DNA of 64,000 nucleotides from Deinococcales bacterium. Lineage in GTDB: Bacteria > Deinococcota > Deinococci > Deinococcales > JAAFIG01. Both the position numbers and the translations under genes were made by a program. This document shows, in pieces, positions 19,415 through 29,281 of this stretch. Numbering within the stretch: the stretch's first letter is position 1; each line of letters begins with the position of its first letter. The stretch lies in NCBI GenBank assembly GCA_031414595.1, contig JANNVX010000098.1, positions 128,001 through 192,000 on the forward strand, given 5' to 3'. Under the pieces are notes generated by a model. It was given only the letters and a program-made list of their open reading frames with translations, had not been told where the DNA came from and did no database searches.

Positions 19415-20659
19415 TTAGCGTCCAACACCTGCGGCGACATTCAATGGTTTCTCGAGTTTCAACCAGATAAACTCGTTGGGGTCTTTGACATCTGCGCCGC
19501 GTCCACCTTTGGCATCAAAGTTATTATCGTTGGCAACCAAAATTGTGCTGCTGTTTAAGACAATTACATTTTCTATTGTTACAAATGGGAAGGCAAAGAC
19601 ACCATTAACGGTGCTTGGCGCAAGTCTATTGGCATCTGAGATGTTCATTAAATCTGCCACCAATTCTTTTTGGGCTGCGCCATTTGCATCTTTTTTGCTC
19701 AGGTCAATTTTATAGATGCGTTTGAATTTTGCAGTTGCGCCAGAGCCGTTGTCGCGCTCAATCACCAAGTATTCGTTGTCGTTAATCACCGTGAAATCAC
19801 CAATCGCATGATTGGTTTCTTCCATTTTGTAAAAGGCGGCAATGCCAACAAATTTCTTAGTTGCCATATCAAATTCGTTAATTCGTAACATCCCAGCCGT
19901 GTCGGTCGAAACACTGCCCTCGAGCAAGCCATAAATTTTTGATTTACTTGGATTGGTGGTCATGCCTTCGTAACCCCTCGAGCCGCCAAGGTTTGCACTG
20001 CTCATTTGTCCGGGGTTTGGCGAAGCTGCGAGGACAGCAGGATTGTTTGGGCTACGCACCAAGTCCTTGCTTGGGTCTTTGCCTGTTCCGTAATCTGGGG
20101 TTGGGATTGGGGCAGACAGCACTTTGCCTGTGGTGTCTACGTTAATTAAGTACGGTCCAAATTCTTCGCCAATCCAAATTGTGCCATCCGCTGCAAGCAC
20201 AAAGCTCTCTGGGTCAAAATCAAAACCAGTCAGGAAACGACTGGCGGAGTTTTCATTAACGATGATGAACGGGACTTTTTTATCTGGGTCACGCAATTGA
20301 ATAAAGCTGTTGACTTTTACCGTACCAGCGCCGCCAGTCATGGTTTTTGCAGCTAAACTGACATTGTACAAACGCAATAAGTAATCAACACTGTTGTACT
20401 TTGTACCAAAACCGTTGTCCGAAAGCATCCAATAATTGCCGTTCGCAGCAAACTGAATGCCACTAAAGCCCTGTACAGGTTGGCTGGCAAAACGTGGAGC
20501 CGCCGCTTTGCTTCCATTGGCATTAAATTGTCCACTGGCAGCCCCTCTCGAGAAGGTATCGGCAGGCAAAACCGCAAAACCAATCAGGTCGGTTTTAAGA
20601 CTTTGGGCGAGGACGGTAGCCGTGGCAAGAATGCCAAATGCAGATAAGATTTTTTTCAT
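19415..20659 (-). CDS. Secreted esterase-like activity of phytase family protein
   Basis: Signal peptide; QPVQGFSG, SDNGFG, DPES, GEEFGPY, SRGYEG, NDNNF. Confidence 0.88.
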   Translation of the reverse strand: MKKILSAFGILATATVLAQSLKTDLIGFAVLPADTFSRGAASGQFNANGSKAAAPRFASQPVQGFSGIQFAANGNYWMLSDNGFGTKYNSVDYLLRLYNVSLAAKTMTGGAGTVKVNSFIQLRDPDKKVPFIIVNENSASRFLTGFDFDPESFVLAADGTIWIGEEFGPYLINVDTTGKVLSAPIPTPDYGTGKDPSKDLVRSPNNPAVLAASPNPGQMSSANLGGSRGYEGMTTNPSKSKIYGLLEGSVSTDTAGMLRINEFDMATKKFVGIAAFYKMEETNHAIGDFTVINDNEYLVIERDNGSGATAKFKRIYKIDLSKKDANGAAQKELVADLMNISDANRLAPSTVNGVFAFPFVTIENVIVLNSSTILVANDNNFDAKGGRGADVKDPNEFIWLKLEKPLNVAAGVGR

Positions 20660-20730
20660 ACCTTAAGTATTCTTGTTTGGCTTAGTCAGGATTAGGTCAT
20701 TGACAAAAACTTGACATGTCAAAAGCAACT

Positions 20731-21744
20731 CTAGTATTCATCAAGTAATTTCTCGAGTTCACTTTGACCTTGTTTGACCGTAGCCACTTTATCTCGGAAT
20801 AAACTGACAATAATCTGGGCGGTTTTGTCTGGCTCGAGTCGCAATTCCTCGCCTATCGAGTAGACATCCCGAGAACCATCAAGCATTTTAATAAATAAAT
20901 TTGCCACCATTCCCGCCGGTGGGTGATAGGCGGCGCTTAAACTCCTGACTCGCTCGAGAATAATCGTGCGTAAACCCATAACAGCAGCAAGCTCGAGTAA
21001 ACCTTGCCGGTACAGCCGCAGCGCCGCTCGGTAGCCACGCAGCCATGAGCCTTGGCTATCAGTCGCATCAGCCGCAAAAAGTTTTAGAACAGCCTGTAAC
21101 GAACGCCGCCCATTGACTGCTGTCAAAATTTGCCACTCGTCACCCGAGAGCGAAACACCACTTAGACTCGAATTAGGACGGCTTTTCAGGACAGTGCTTA
21201 AACCAAGTTCTGAGACACCAATTTCGTCTGCCAATGTGACCGACTCGAGCAGCGCCCACTGCACCGAGACTCGGGTATAGACACTGGGCAGCTTGTCATC
21301 GCGGTAATAGGCAAAATAGCTTTGCTGCTTTAAGATTAACTGATTAACCGACAGTAAAATCTGGGTTTTCATGGCTTCAAACAAGGCTTCACGCGAGACC
21401 CGAAATTGAGGGTTATTCAGCAGCACTTCGCCCAACGGCAGATTGGCAGCAAGTTTCAGGGCTTGCGCCAACTGTGTTTCCGATAACTCGCCACGCCGCA
21501 ACAAAATTGTACCAAGTGGGTCTGAACCATTCGCCCCAATGATGTCACCGTCGAGTAACTGCAAACGAATCCCGCTCGGCTGAAATTCCATCCAACCAGT
21601 AGGATGCAAACCGGGAACGCCATTCAAAAAATCGGCGGTGGCAATATGATTTAAGCTCCCTTGTAAACTTGGGGAACGAGACACCTCATCTGTCTTGGCT
21701 GGACTTGGGATAAAAACAGGGGTTCTCGAGGAAGATAAGCTCAT
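20731..21744 (-). CDS. DUF4388-like (PatA-N-type) domain protein
   Basis: LQGSL...D.L, LGTILLRRG.L...QL..AL...LGEVLL, LS.DEW.IL..V.G.RSL. Confidence 0.65.
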   Translation of the reverse strand: MSLSSSRTPVFIPSPAKTDEVSRSPSLQGSLNHIATADFLNGVPGLHPTGWMEFQPSGIRLQLLDGDIIGANGSDPLGTILLRRGELSETQLAQALKLAANLPLGEVLLNNPQFRVSREALFEAMKTQILLSVNQLILKQQSYFAYYRDDKLPSVYTRVSVQWALLESVTLADEIGVSELGLSTVLKSRPNSSLSGVSLSGDEWQILTAVNGRRSLQAVLKLFAADATDSQGSWLRGYRAALRLYRQGLLELAAVMGLRTIILERVRSLSAAYHPPAGMVANLFIKMLDGSRDVYSIGEELRLEPDKTAQIIVSLFRDKVATVKQGQSELEKLLDEY

Positions 21745-21766
21745 GCCTTATTCTCATAGCGCAAAG

Positions 21767-23125
21767 TCAAGGGCTTGTCAGTGATTGGCTTCGTCCAATT
21801 GCCAAATACAAGAATCCTGCTTCGAGCATGGAGTTTTTAACTAAAGCATTGCGTCCATCGAGGATAATTCTTTGCTTCATTGTCTGCCCAAGTACAGCCC
21901 AGTTTGCGGTTTTGTACTCCGACCATTCCGTAACCAAAATGGCAGCATCGGCATTAGTTAAGCACACTTCAAGACTAGGGTTATTTGGTACAGTTGTAAT
22001 TTTCATTTGTTCAAGCATTGGGTCATGTGCTATAACTTTTGCCCCTCGAGCCATCAATTCCAAAGCAATTTCTAAACCAATAGATTCACGTAAGTCATCG
22101 GTCTCTGGCTTAAAACTCAAGCCCAAGACTGCAATACGCCGCCCGCGAAAACCATTTAAGACCTGCTCGAGCCGTTCAAGCGCTCGAAAACGCTGTTGGT
22201 TGTTGACTTCAATCACGGCTCGCAACAAACGAAATTCATAACCGCTTCTCGATGCCAGTTGATTTAAGGCTCGGGTATCTTTGGGAAAACACGAACCACC
22301 ATACCCCAGTCCAGCTTGTAAGAAATCTTTGCCAATACGTTTATCCTCTGCCAACACCGAAACAATCTCATCAATATCAGCACTGGTGGCATCGCAGACG
22401 TTGGCTATTTCATTGATAAAACTAATTTTCATGGCGAGAAAAGCATTGGCGGCGTACTTGGCAAGCTCACTGCTGGCATTACTGATTTGAAGCACTGGAA
22501 TTGGTTGCATCGGACGAAAAGGCTCGAGTTCAGGCGGCACTGCCAAGGTAGAATGAATGATTGGTGCGTATAAAATTTCTAACTGCTCGAGCGCCCAAGT
22601 TTGGTTTGTGCCAAAGACAATTCGATCTGGAAAAACAGCATCGCGCAAAGCCCGACCTTGACGCAGAAATTCTGGGTTACTGGCAACTGAAAAAACTGAA
22701 TCGGGTGCAAGATTGACCAAAGTAGCCGTGATTTCCTCACTCGTTCCGACTGGCACAGTGGATTTTAGAACAATCACCCGAGGGATTTGGTTCAAAAATG
22801 GCGCGAGTTGCTGCACGGCATCAAAGACTTGGCTTAAATCCACACCTTGAGCGGGGGTGGGTGGCGTACCAACGGCAATCATCACGATACTCGAGGCTTG
22901 AACCGCCAAGCCCAAATCGGCGGTAAAAAAAATTCGGTCTTGCAAGCTGTGCAGAACTGTCTCGAGCAGAGGTTCGGCAAATGGAATCTGTTGACGCTGC
23001 AACGCTTCCAACCGTTCAAGGTTGCGCTCATAGACATGAACTCGGTGTCCAGCCATTGCCAGCGCCAAAGCGGTTGAAAGCCCGACATAACCAGCGCCAA
23101 TCACCGTAAGCTCAAGGGTCTGCAT
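21767..23125 (-). CDS. ugd: UDP-glucose/GDP-mannose dehydrogenase
   Basis: VIGAGYVGL, KSTVPVGT, SNPEFLR, GYGGSCFPKD, FKPETDDLRES. Confidence 0.93.
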   Translation of the reverse strand: MQTLELTVIGAGYVGLSTALALAMAGHRVHVYERNLERLEALQRQQIPFAEPLLETVLHSLQDRIFFTADLGLAVQASSIVMIAVGTPPTPAQGVDLSQVFDAVQQLAPFLNQIPRVIVLKSTVPVGTSEEITATLVNLAPDSVFSVASNPEFLRQGRALRDAVFPDRIVFGTNQTWALEQLEILYAPIIHSTLAVPPELEPFRPMQPIPVLQISNASSELAKYAANAFLAMKISFINEIANVCDATSADIDEIVSVLAEDKRIGKDFLQAGLGYGGSCFPKDTRALNQLASRSGYEFRLLRAVIEVNNQQRFRALERLEQVLNGFRGRRIAVLGLSFKPETDDLRESIGLEIALELMARGAKVIAHDPMLEQMKITTVPNNPSLEVCLTNADAAILVTEWSEYKTANWAVLGQTMKQRIILDGRNALVKNSMLEAGFLYLAIGRSQSLTSP

Positions 23126-23150
23126 AAACGACCAGTCAACTTGGATTTTG

Positions 23151-24002
23151 TCAGGGGAGTGTCTGCTCGAGAACACGACCTAGCTCCGAGTATTCATCCA
23201 TGCTAGGGTTGCGTCCAACACGGCGTAAATGCAGCGCAAAAGGTTGGTCTTGCCAAAAAAACTCTTCCCAAGCGTTATCATAGGCAAAATCCGAGATTGG
23301 TTTTAAGAAACTTTGCTGGGTAAAGTAGCCCTTTTTCTTGGGAATGACACTCCATCTATCGGGCAAAAATCGGATTGGGCTTGCCATAAAATGCGGTTTC
23401 AGGCATTCGTTTGGTTCGTTCCGATATTGCTGGTAGACCCGCCAAGCGGTGTCACGGAATTGTCCGACTTGTAAGGCTGTTCGCAGCCAAACAGGAATCG
23501 GTACTCGAGGATGGCTGATTAATTTGTCAAACCTATTGCCATCCATGTCTGGCAAAAAATTCAGCGCCCCAAGTGGTACTTTCTCGAGGTCAATCATCAT
23601 GCAATGCACCGATGGAAAATAGCGGTATTGGTACGACCACTTCGGATGCCAGACCGAACCAAAAAAATGCAGGTCTCGAGTTATCATCTGCTGCATAACA
23701 GCTTGCATCCAATTCTGGCGGATAATATAAAAATCATGGTCAAGAATCAATACAAACCTAGTTCTGACCAACGCTAAGGCGCTCATGATCGCTTGGGCGT
23801 GGTGCTGACTGCCTTTATCCGAGCTTGGTGGTTTGGCTACGGCGGGTAAAACTTCGGCATTGGCGGGTTGAAAATCGGGGTCGTTGTCGTTATTAACAAT
23901 CAGCCAGCGCACCGCCAGATTGGGATTCAGGGCAGCGCTTAATTGAAGATTTTTTTCTATCCATTGGCTCGAGCCAAATTTGACGCTGATGACGGTCAAC
24001 AC
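23151..24002 (-). CDS. Glycosyltransferase-like protein (GT-A fold)
   Basis: IVNND, H..AI..AL..V.T.FVLILDHDF (DxD); directly upstream of ugd. Confidence 0.6.
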   Translation of the reverse strand: MLTVISVKFGSSQWIEKNLQLSAALNPNLAVRWLIVNNDNDPDFQPANAEVLPAVAKPPSSDKGSQHHAQAIMSALALVRTRFVLILDHDFYIIRQNWMQAVMQQMITRDLHFFGSVWHPKWSYQYRYFPSVHCMMIDLEKVPLGALNFLPDMDGNRFDKLISHPRVPIPVWLRTALQVGQFRDTAWRVYQQYRNEPNECLKPHFMASPIRFLPDRWSVIPKKKGYFTQQSFLKPISDFAYDNAWEEFFWQDQPFALHLRRVGRNPSMDEYSELGRVLEQTLP

Positions 24003-24029
24003 AACCTTTATCCTACACTTGAATTTCGC

Positions 24030-24084
24030 ACCTGACCAAATGTGGTGTTTTCACCTGACCAATCATTGTGTTGTACCTGACCAA
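24030..24084. promoter_or_regulatory. Three direct repeats of ACCTGACCAA
   Basis: Exact 10-mers at 24030, 24053, 24075 in divergent intergenic region. Confidence 0.7.
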
Positions 24085-24113
24085 AAGCTGACATTTCTGC
24101 TCGAGTCTGGGGT

Positions 24114-24881
24114 ATGCAGCCAAAAATCAGTTTAATCACCCCAACCCGCAATCGCGTGGATTTATTGCTTCGCACGATTAACAATGTGCAACAACAGACC
24201 CTGCAAGACTGGGAAATGCTGGTTATAGACGATGGTGACGGCTCTGGTTTAGAAGCGGTACAGAACTTAACCGACTCTCGAGTCAAAGCCTATCCCAATG
24301 CTGGGACTGGACAAGTGGATGCCCGTAATACCGCCGTTCAATTGGCACAAGCCGAAGTGCTGCATTTACTCGACGATGATGATCGTTGGCTCGACGGGCA
24401 GCATTTTGAAAAGGTCTTGGCGCGACTTGGTACACAACCAGCCTTGTTACACCGCACCGGTTGGTTGGTGCTTGAAGCCGCCCAAAATGGCGTTTGGCTC
24501 GAGCAGCAACGCCTAGACTTTCAGCCAGTCACCACTGCCCTGAGTCTGCGTTCGGACAACACCGTTCTGACTTCGGGTGTGGCATACCACAAAGAACTAC
24601 ACAACCAACTCGGGCTATTTGATACAGAATTGGGCAATTATTGGGATTGGGATTGGTTTTTACGAGTCACCCAGCACCACCCACTGATTCAACTCGAGCC
24701 ACCAACCGTGCTGATGAGTTGGCGTGGTAACAACACTTCCAAAGACCCTTTTGAGCCTCAAAAAATGGATTATCTCGAGCGCTTATGCCAAAAGCATCAG
24801 CTTGGTCAAATCCCACCAAAAAACCACTTCACGGTTATTTCACCAGCAACAAACTCTGACATTAGCTTGAGAGATACTTAG
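24114..24881 (+). CDS. Glycosyltransferase family 2
   Basis: ISLITPTRNR, VIDDG, ARN, LDDDD, DWDW. Confidence 0.9.
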   Translation: MQPKISLITPTRNRVDLLLRTINNVQQQTLQDWEMLVIDDGDGSGLEAVQNLTDSRVKAYPNAGTGQVDARNTAVQLAQAEVLHLLDDDDRWLDGQHFEKVLARLGTQPALLHRTGWLVLEAAQNGVWLEQQRLDFQPVTTALSLRSDNTVLTSGVAYHKELHNQLGLFDTELGNYWDWDWFLRVTQHHPLIQLEPPTVLMSWRGNNTSKDPFEPQKMDYLERLCQKHQLGQIPPKNHFTVISPATNSDISLRDT

Positions 24882-26149
24882 AACGCCAGTTGCTTAACGC
24901 TCCAAGCACCCTGCTCGAGTCCGACCAACAGTATTTTGTTGTTTTTGGACTCGAGCAGCCTGTACCCCAAGCCAAACGGATTGGGGATTTCTTTTTCACC
25001 AAAAACTGTATTTAGTTCGCCTGTTGTAGTCAATTTTTGCATTTGAATGGTGGCTGAGGTTACTCCGTGCAAGACCAATCCACCATCGTTCCAAATGATC
25101 ACTTTTTTCAAGGTTTGGCTTAACCAAATCCCTCCATTAGCACTTCGCACTATAGGCATGGAAAAGGGTGGGAAAGTAGGCTCAGAAAGCGGTATTGACG
25201 CTCCAAATTCTTTTTGTACCGTATTTTTTGTATCCAATGACCAGATTCTTAAACCGCTACTGCAATCACCACTGTTGTGGTTCATGAATACAGCCGTGTT
25301 GTCTTGGCGTAACCCAAAATACTGAACCCCACCACCGTTGGTGCAAGTCAGGGATTCAAAACCCTCGGTTTGTTGTTGCGGCTCGAGTTGCCCTTTTTGA
25401 TTAAACCGATGAATCCAAATCGGAGGCTGATAGGTCGAAGCACCGGCTGGACTGTTTAAGTAAGCTGACGAAACCAGTGCTGCACCGCCAGTTGGGGTTG
25501 GTACTAGCGCATCAATTTGCACATTTGGATAGTCTATATCGGTGCTGGCAAAACCTGCTTTGCCAAGGCTCGAATCTAAGCGTCCTTGGTTGGTTATTTT
25601 TATCAGTAGCGGGTTTAGGTCATCATCATCAGAATTTTCGCTTTTTACTCGAGGGCGTTCTAAGAGGGCTGCCCAGACCGAACCATCGGCGTTGAGTGCC
25701 ACTTTTTGCATCGGGAACATTGTTTTTTGTCTGCCTGTCGGAAAGGTAAACACACCTTTTTGCCCATAACTCGAGTCTAGCGTGCCATTTATTGTAAAAC
25801 GCAGAATTTGCTTTGGCTGCACCACCAACACACGACTTTGCGAATCCACCAAAACTTGTCCTAATTGCTCTAATTGCAGTTTTCCAGCTTTGCCAAAACT
25901 CGAGTCGAGTTGTCCATTGGGAAGTAATCGAGCAATTGTCTGAATCTTATTTTGGGTTTCGCCACTTAAGACAATCCGACCTTGGGTGTCGGTGCTGGCT
26001 TTTGGCGTAAATTTTGCCGTTACAGACTCGAGTCGGACTGTACCGTTTTGACCAAAGCTCGGGTCAAATGTTTGATCCTGTGAAATTGCCAAGCCAGTCA
26101 ACCCTAAACCAGTCAGTGCAAGGCAGATAAACCTCAGTCGTGTTTGCAT
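24878..26149 (-). CDS. Secreted beta-propeller protein with delta-60-like repeats
   Basis: Signal peptide; repeated R/K...NG.LD.SFG..G motifs. Confidence 0.75.
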   Translation of the reverse strand: MQTRLRFICLALTGLGLTGLAISQDQTFDPSFGQNGTVRLESVTAKFTPKASTDTQGRIVLSGETQNKIQTIARLLPNGQLDSSFGKAGKLQLEQLGQVLVDSQSRVLVVQPKQILRFTINGTLDSSYGQKGVFTFPTGRQKTMFPMQKVALNADGSVWAALLERPRVKSENSDDDDLNPLLIKITNQGRLDSSLGKAGFASTDIDYPNVQIDALVPTPTGGAALVSSAYLNSPAGASTYQPPIWIHRFNQKGQLEPQQQTEGFESLTCTNGGGVQYFGLRQDNTAVFMNHNSGDCSSGLRIWSLDTKNTVQKEFGASIPLSEPTFPPFSMPIVRSANGGIWLSQTLKKVIIWNDGGLVLHGVTSATIQMQKLTTTGELNTVFGEKEIPNPFGLGYRLLESKNNKILLVGLEQGAWSVKQLAF

Positions 26150-26320
26150 CTCTCGAGTCTAAAAAATTAAATGAATGATTGATGTGAACCTGGTTCTCAA
26201 GGTGAGATTTTGCAGCACATGATCTGAATTCAATCTCTTTGCAGAGAACCCGTCTCGAGACTAAAAAATGAGAATCAGATGAGCTTCTACAGCCATGGCA
26301 TTATATGCTTTCTTGAAGGT

Positions 26321-27391
26321 TTATGCCTTGAGGCTTTCTGCCTCGAGAACCACGGTTGAACGCACTTGGTCACGCCCAGAATTCTTGGCGCGGTATAAGG
26401 CAGCATCGGCTCGAGCCATGACTTGTTTTAGGGTTTCACCTTCCCCGCAAACTGCCACGCCAATACTGACAGTTATTCGCACCCCACCGAGGTTGGCATC
26501 AAAAATGGCTTGCCTTGAACGTTCGCCAAGTAATCTGGCTTGCTCAAGATTGAGGTTTTTACCCAGCATTAAGAATTCCTCGCCGCCCCAACGGGCTGTT
26601 TGGTCGCCTTGACGGGTTTGATTTTCTAAGGTAAATGCCAGTTCACGCAGCACAATATCGCCAAAAGCATGTCCGTACTGGTCGTTGATGTGCTTAAAGT
26701 GGTCAACATCTATGATTAAAAGCGCGTAGCCTATTTGACTGGCATGGGTTTGCTCGAGGTGCATTTGCATTGAACGGCGGTTCTGGATGCCTGTTAAAAC
26801 ATCGGTGTTGGCTTGGTGTTGTACAAATTTGTATTGTTGCTGCATTCGTCCAAAAACAGCAATTAAACCCGCTAAAATCAGATTTGCCACATGAAATTGC
26901 ACCAAGGCATTGATTTGCAGTGTATCAAAGCGATTTTGTGAAACGGTGACTAAGGAGATAAAAATAGCAACCGCGTTATAGCCACCACTAAACCATAAAG
27001 CTAAACCCGGACTAAGACTTAAATGGGCAACAACCACGGTGATTGGAAACCACGGAATACCAATTCCTAACGTTTTTTGAATTTTTAAGACTTCCAACGC
27101 CGAAGTTGCAAAATCAAGCAGCAGAAACGAGCCAGATGTACAAAAGGCGAAGATTTGCAGCAGTTCTACCCGTTGAGGTTGCAGAAAAAGCCAAATAGCA
27201 GCTAAGAAGAACGTAATTGTGATAAAAGGCAGTCCATAGAGGTCAGAAAAAACAATCACTTTGGAATCTTGTAAAAATAACCAAGAAACAAAAGTCGCCA
27301 ATGAACCCAGAAGCAAAGCTGCCAAAGTCAGCCAGACGCGGGTGCGTCCAACCAAATCAAGTGCCTCGAGTTTAGCGTAAAAGGCTTTCAT
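26321..27391 (-). CDS. Membrane-bound diguanylate cyclase
   Basis: N-terminal TM helices; D.LTG..NRR, DVDHFK.IND.YGH..GD, R..D...RWGGEEF, AD.ALY.AK. Confidence 0.93.
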   Translation of the reverse strand: MKAFYAKLEALDLVGRTRVWLTLAALLLGSLATFVSWLFLQDSKVIVFSDLYGLPFITITFFLAAIWLFLQPQRVELLQIFAFCTSGSFLLLDFATSALEVLKIQKTLGIGIPWFPITVVVAHLSLSPGLALWFSGGYNAVAIFISLVTVSQNRFDTLQINALVQFHVANLILAGLIAVFGRMQQQYKFVQHQANTDVLTGIQNRRSMQMHLEQTHASQIGYALLIIDVDHFKHINDQYGHAFGDIVLRELAFTLENQTRQGDQTARWGGEEFLMLGKNLNLEQARLLGERSRQAIFDANLGGVRITVSIGVAVCGEGETLKQVMARADAALYRAKNSGRDQVRSTVVLEAESLKA

Positions 27392-27439
27392 CAGCTTTAG
27401 GCGCAAGCATAGCCGAATTTAAGCCAAAAGAATACAAAT

Positions 27440-28045
27440 TTATAAATAACGACGAGCGCCAAGGTAACGGCTGCTGTAATAGCGTTCGGCAAGACTCGAG
27501 ACAATCACCCCTGTACTTGGGGTGCTGGCATGAACCATTCGGTTGTTGCCAATGTAGACACCAACGTGTCCGACCCCACCACGTCCATTAAATCCTTGAA
27601 AGAAAACCAAGTCACCGGGTAATAAACCGTTTCTCGAGACAACACGTCCGCCACTAAATTGAGCGCGGCTTGAACGCGGTAGGCTAACCCCCATTTGTTT
27701 CATCACATAGCTGGTAAAACCACTGCAATCAAAGCTGGATGGACCCATTGAACCCCAACGGTAATTTGCACCGACTTTGGAAAACGCCACCCGCACGACA
27801 TTGCTGCTCGAGCGGTTGGTGGCTGTTTTGACCGATGGTTTAGCGTTTGTACTATTGCCAAGGTTAATTTTTTGCCCCACGCCTAATGATTCACCAATGC
27901 CGGGGTTAAGTCTGAGAATCTGGGTGGTGCTGATGCCATTTTTCTGGGCAATGCGGTACAAGGTATCGCCAGACTGCACAGTGTAGGTTTTGGCAACTGC
28001 CAAACTCGAGCAGACCAAGGCAGCCACAATTAAACGTTTAAGCAT
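27440..28045 (-). CDS. LysM + NlpC/P60 peptidoglycan endopeptidase
   Basis: YTVQSGDTLYRIA; Y.WG....FDCSG; HVGVYIG...MVHAS. Confidence 0.93.
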   Translation of the reverse strand: MLKRLIVAALVCSSLAVAKTYTVQSGDTLYRIAQKNGISTTQILRLNPGIGESLGVGQKINLGNSTNAKPSVKTATNRSSSNVVRVAFSKVGANYRWGSMGPSSFDCSGFTSYVMKQMGVSLPRSSRAQFSGGRVVSRNGLLPGDLVFFQGFNGRGGVGHVGVYIGNNRMVHASTPSTGVIVSSLAERYYSSRYLGARRYL

Positions 28046-28231
28046 CTTGAAGCTGACCCTAGCAAAGTCTCTAGCCAATTGCCTGTGTATTTTCTGAGTT
28101 ACCCATGTCACCAGCCCAGAAACAACCGAGCCAAAAAAGTGCGTTAAAGCTGTTTGGAAAAGTAAAAAACCAAGCAACTTAAACTCGAGACCACATAGAA
28201 AAAACCGATGTTTTGTACAGAACAAAATAAT

Positions 28232-29251
28232 TTAACGCGCCCTGCAAATCAGACCATTATGGGCTTTGATTGTTCCAGCCCGCAAAACCTCGAGACCATG
28301 TTCATAAGCGTACAAACCCATTTGCTTGGTGTCCATCAGTTCACGGTAGCCATAATTCATTAAGTCGCCCATGACTTTATAAAACAACTGGCTTTTGAAT
28401 TGCTTGCGTGGTGTGGTCATGACCACATAGCCACCGCGTTTTAAGAATTGCCGATGCCATTCGATACACTGTCCTTTCATTTCATCAGGAAAATGCTCGA
28501 GTAACCCGACTGAAAGCACAATGTCAAATTTTTCATCAAAATCCAAGTCCCGAATATCCGAGACCACAAAATCAAAACTCATCTGATCGACGTGCATCAC
28601 ATCCCAAGTGCCAGTGCTGGGGTTTTTACTTAAAAACGGGTACTCGAGTGGAAACTTACCAAAGCGCTCATCCCTACAAAAATCATCATAATCCACCAGC
28701 ACCGCATGACCGCCGGGATACTGGGCTAAAAGCTGCATCGCTTCGTAACCGTCGGCTGCGCCAAGGAACAAAATTCGTGGTTTATGCACTTCTAAACCAT
28801 CAAATAAAGCCCTTTTACCACGCGGGTCCCAAACCGCATCCTCGAGCCGGTGAACCTGATTCCAAACTCGCACCTCTAAGAGTTCTTGAAAGACCTCTGG
28901 GAGACTCGAGAAGTTAAAACTCAGTAGGGTCTGCAAGAATTTCTGAGTGGTTTCCGATTGGGCTTTGGGTAAATCCGTGACAAACAATTCATGGAAGTTC
29001 TTATTGAAATTCTGCCACTGCACCAAGACTGGCATCTCGGTTTGATGCTCGGTTTCCCATTTTTGCCGTGTTCTCGAGTTGGCAGGCACGGTATACGGCT
29101 TGCCAAGTTCTGCCCACGAAAGCCTAGACCAATCGGTATGACTTAAATCCTCAAACAGGTCTGGCGCACTGGTTCGCAAATCAGCACGGTACGAAGGCAT
29201 GAGAAACGAAGTTTCAAGCGGCATCCGCGACATCTCCAAAGTGGCTTGCAT
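28232..29251 (-). CDS. Class I SAM-dependent methyltransferase
   Basis: ILFLGAADG, FDIVLSVGLLEHF, LKRGGYVVMTTP. Confidence 0.8.
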   Translation of the reverse strand: MQATLEMSRMPLETSFLMPSYRADLRTSAPDLFEDLSHTDWSRLSWAELGKPYTVPANSRTRQKWETEHQTEMPVLVQWQNFNKNFHELFVTDLPKAQSETTQKFLQTLLSFNFSSLPEVFQELLEVRVWNQVHRLEDAVWDPRGKRALFDGLEVHKPRILFLGAADGYEAMQLLAQYPGGHAVLVDYDDFCRDERFGKFPLEYPFLSKNPSTGTWDVMHVDQMSFDFVVSDIRDLDFDEKFDIVLSVGLLEHFPDEMKGQCIEWHRQFLKRGGYVVMTTPRKQFKSQLFYKVMGDLMNYGYRELMDTKQMGLYAYEHGLEVLRAGTIKAHNGLICRAR

Positions 29252-29281
29252 GGTCAAAGCAGTCTACGCTTTTATTGTTGT

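Noticed and set aside
24030-24084. Mini-CRISPR or plasmid iterons
   Set aside because: Repeats are only 10 bp with 12-13-bp gaps; no rep gene or AT-rich origin nearby
26192-26250. Integron attC site
   Set aside because: No RYYYAAC/GTTRRRY boxes at the stem ends and no integrase in the window
28232-29251. DNA methyltransferase responsible for CTCGAG marking
   Set aside because: No DPPY/NPPY or PC catalytic motif; looks like a small-molecule class I methyltransferase. The NPPY at 37607-38437 belongs to PrmC
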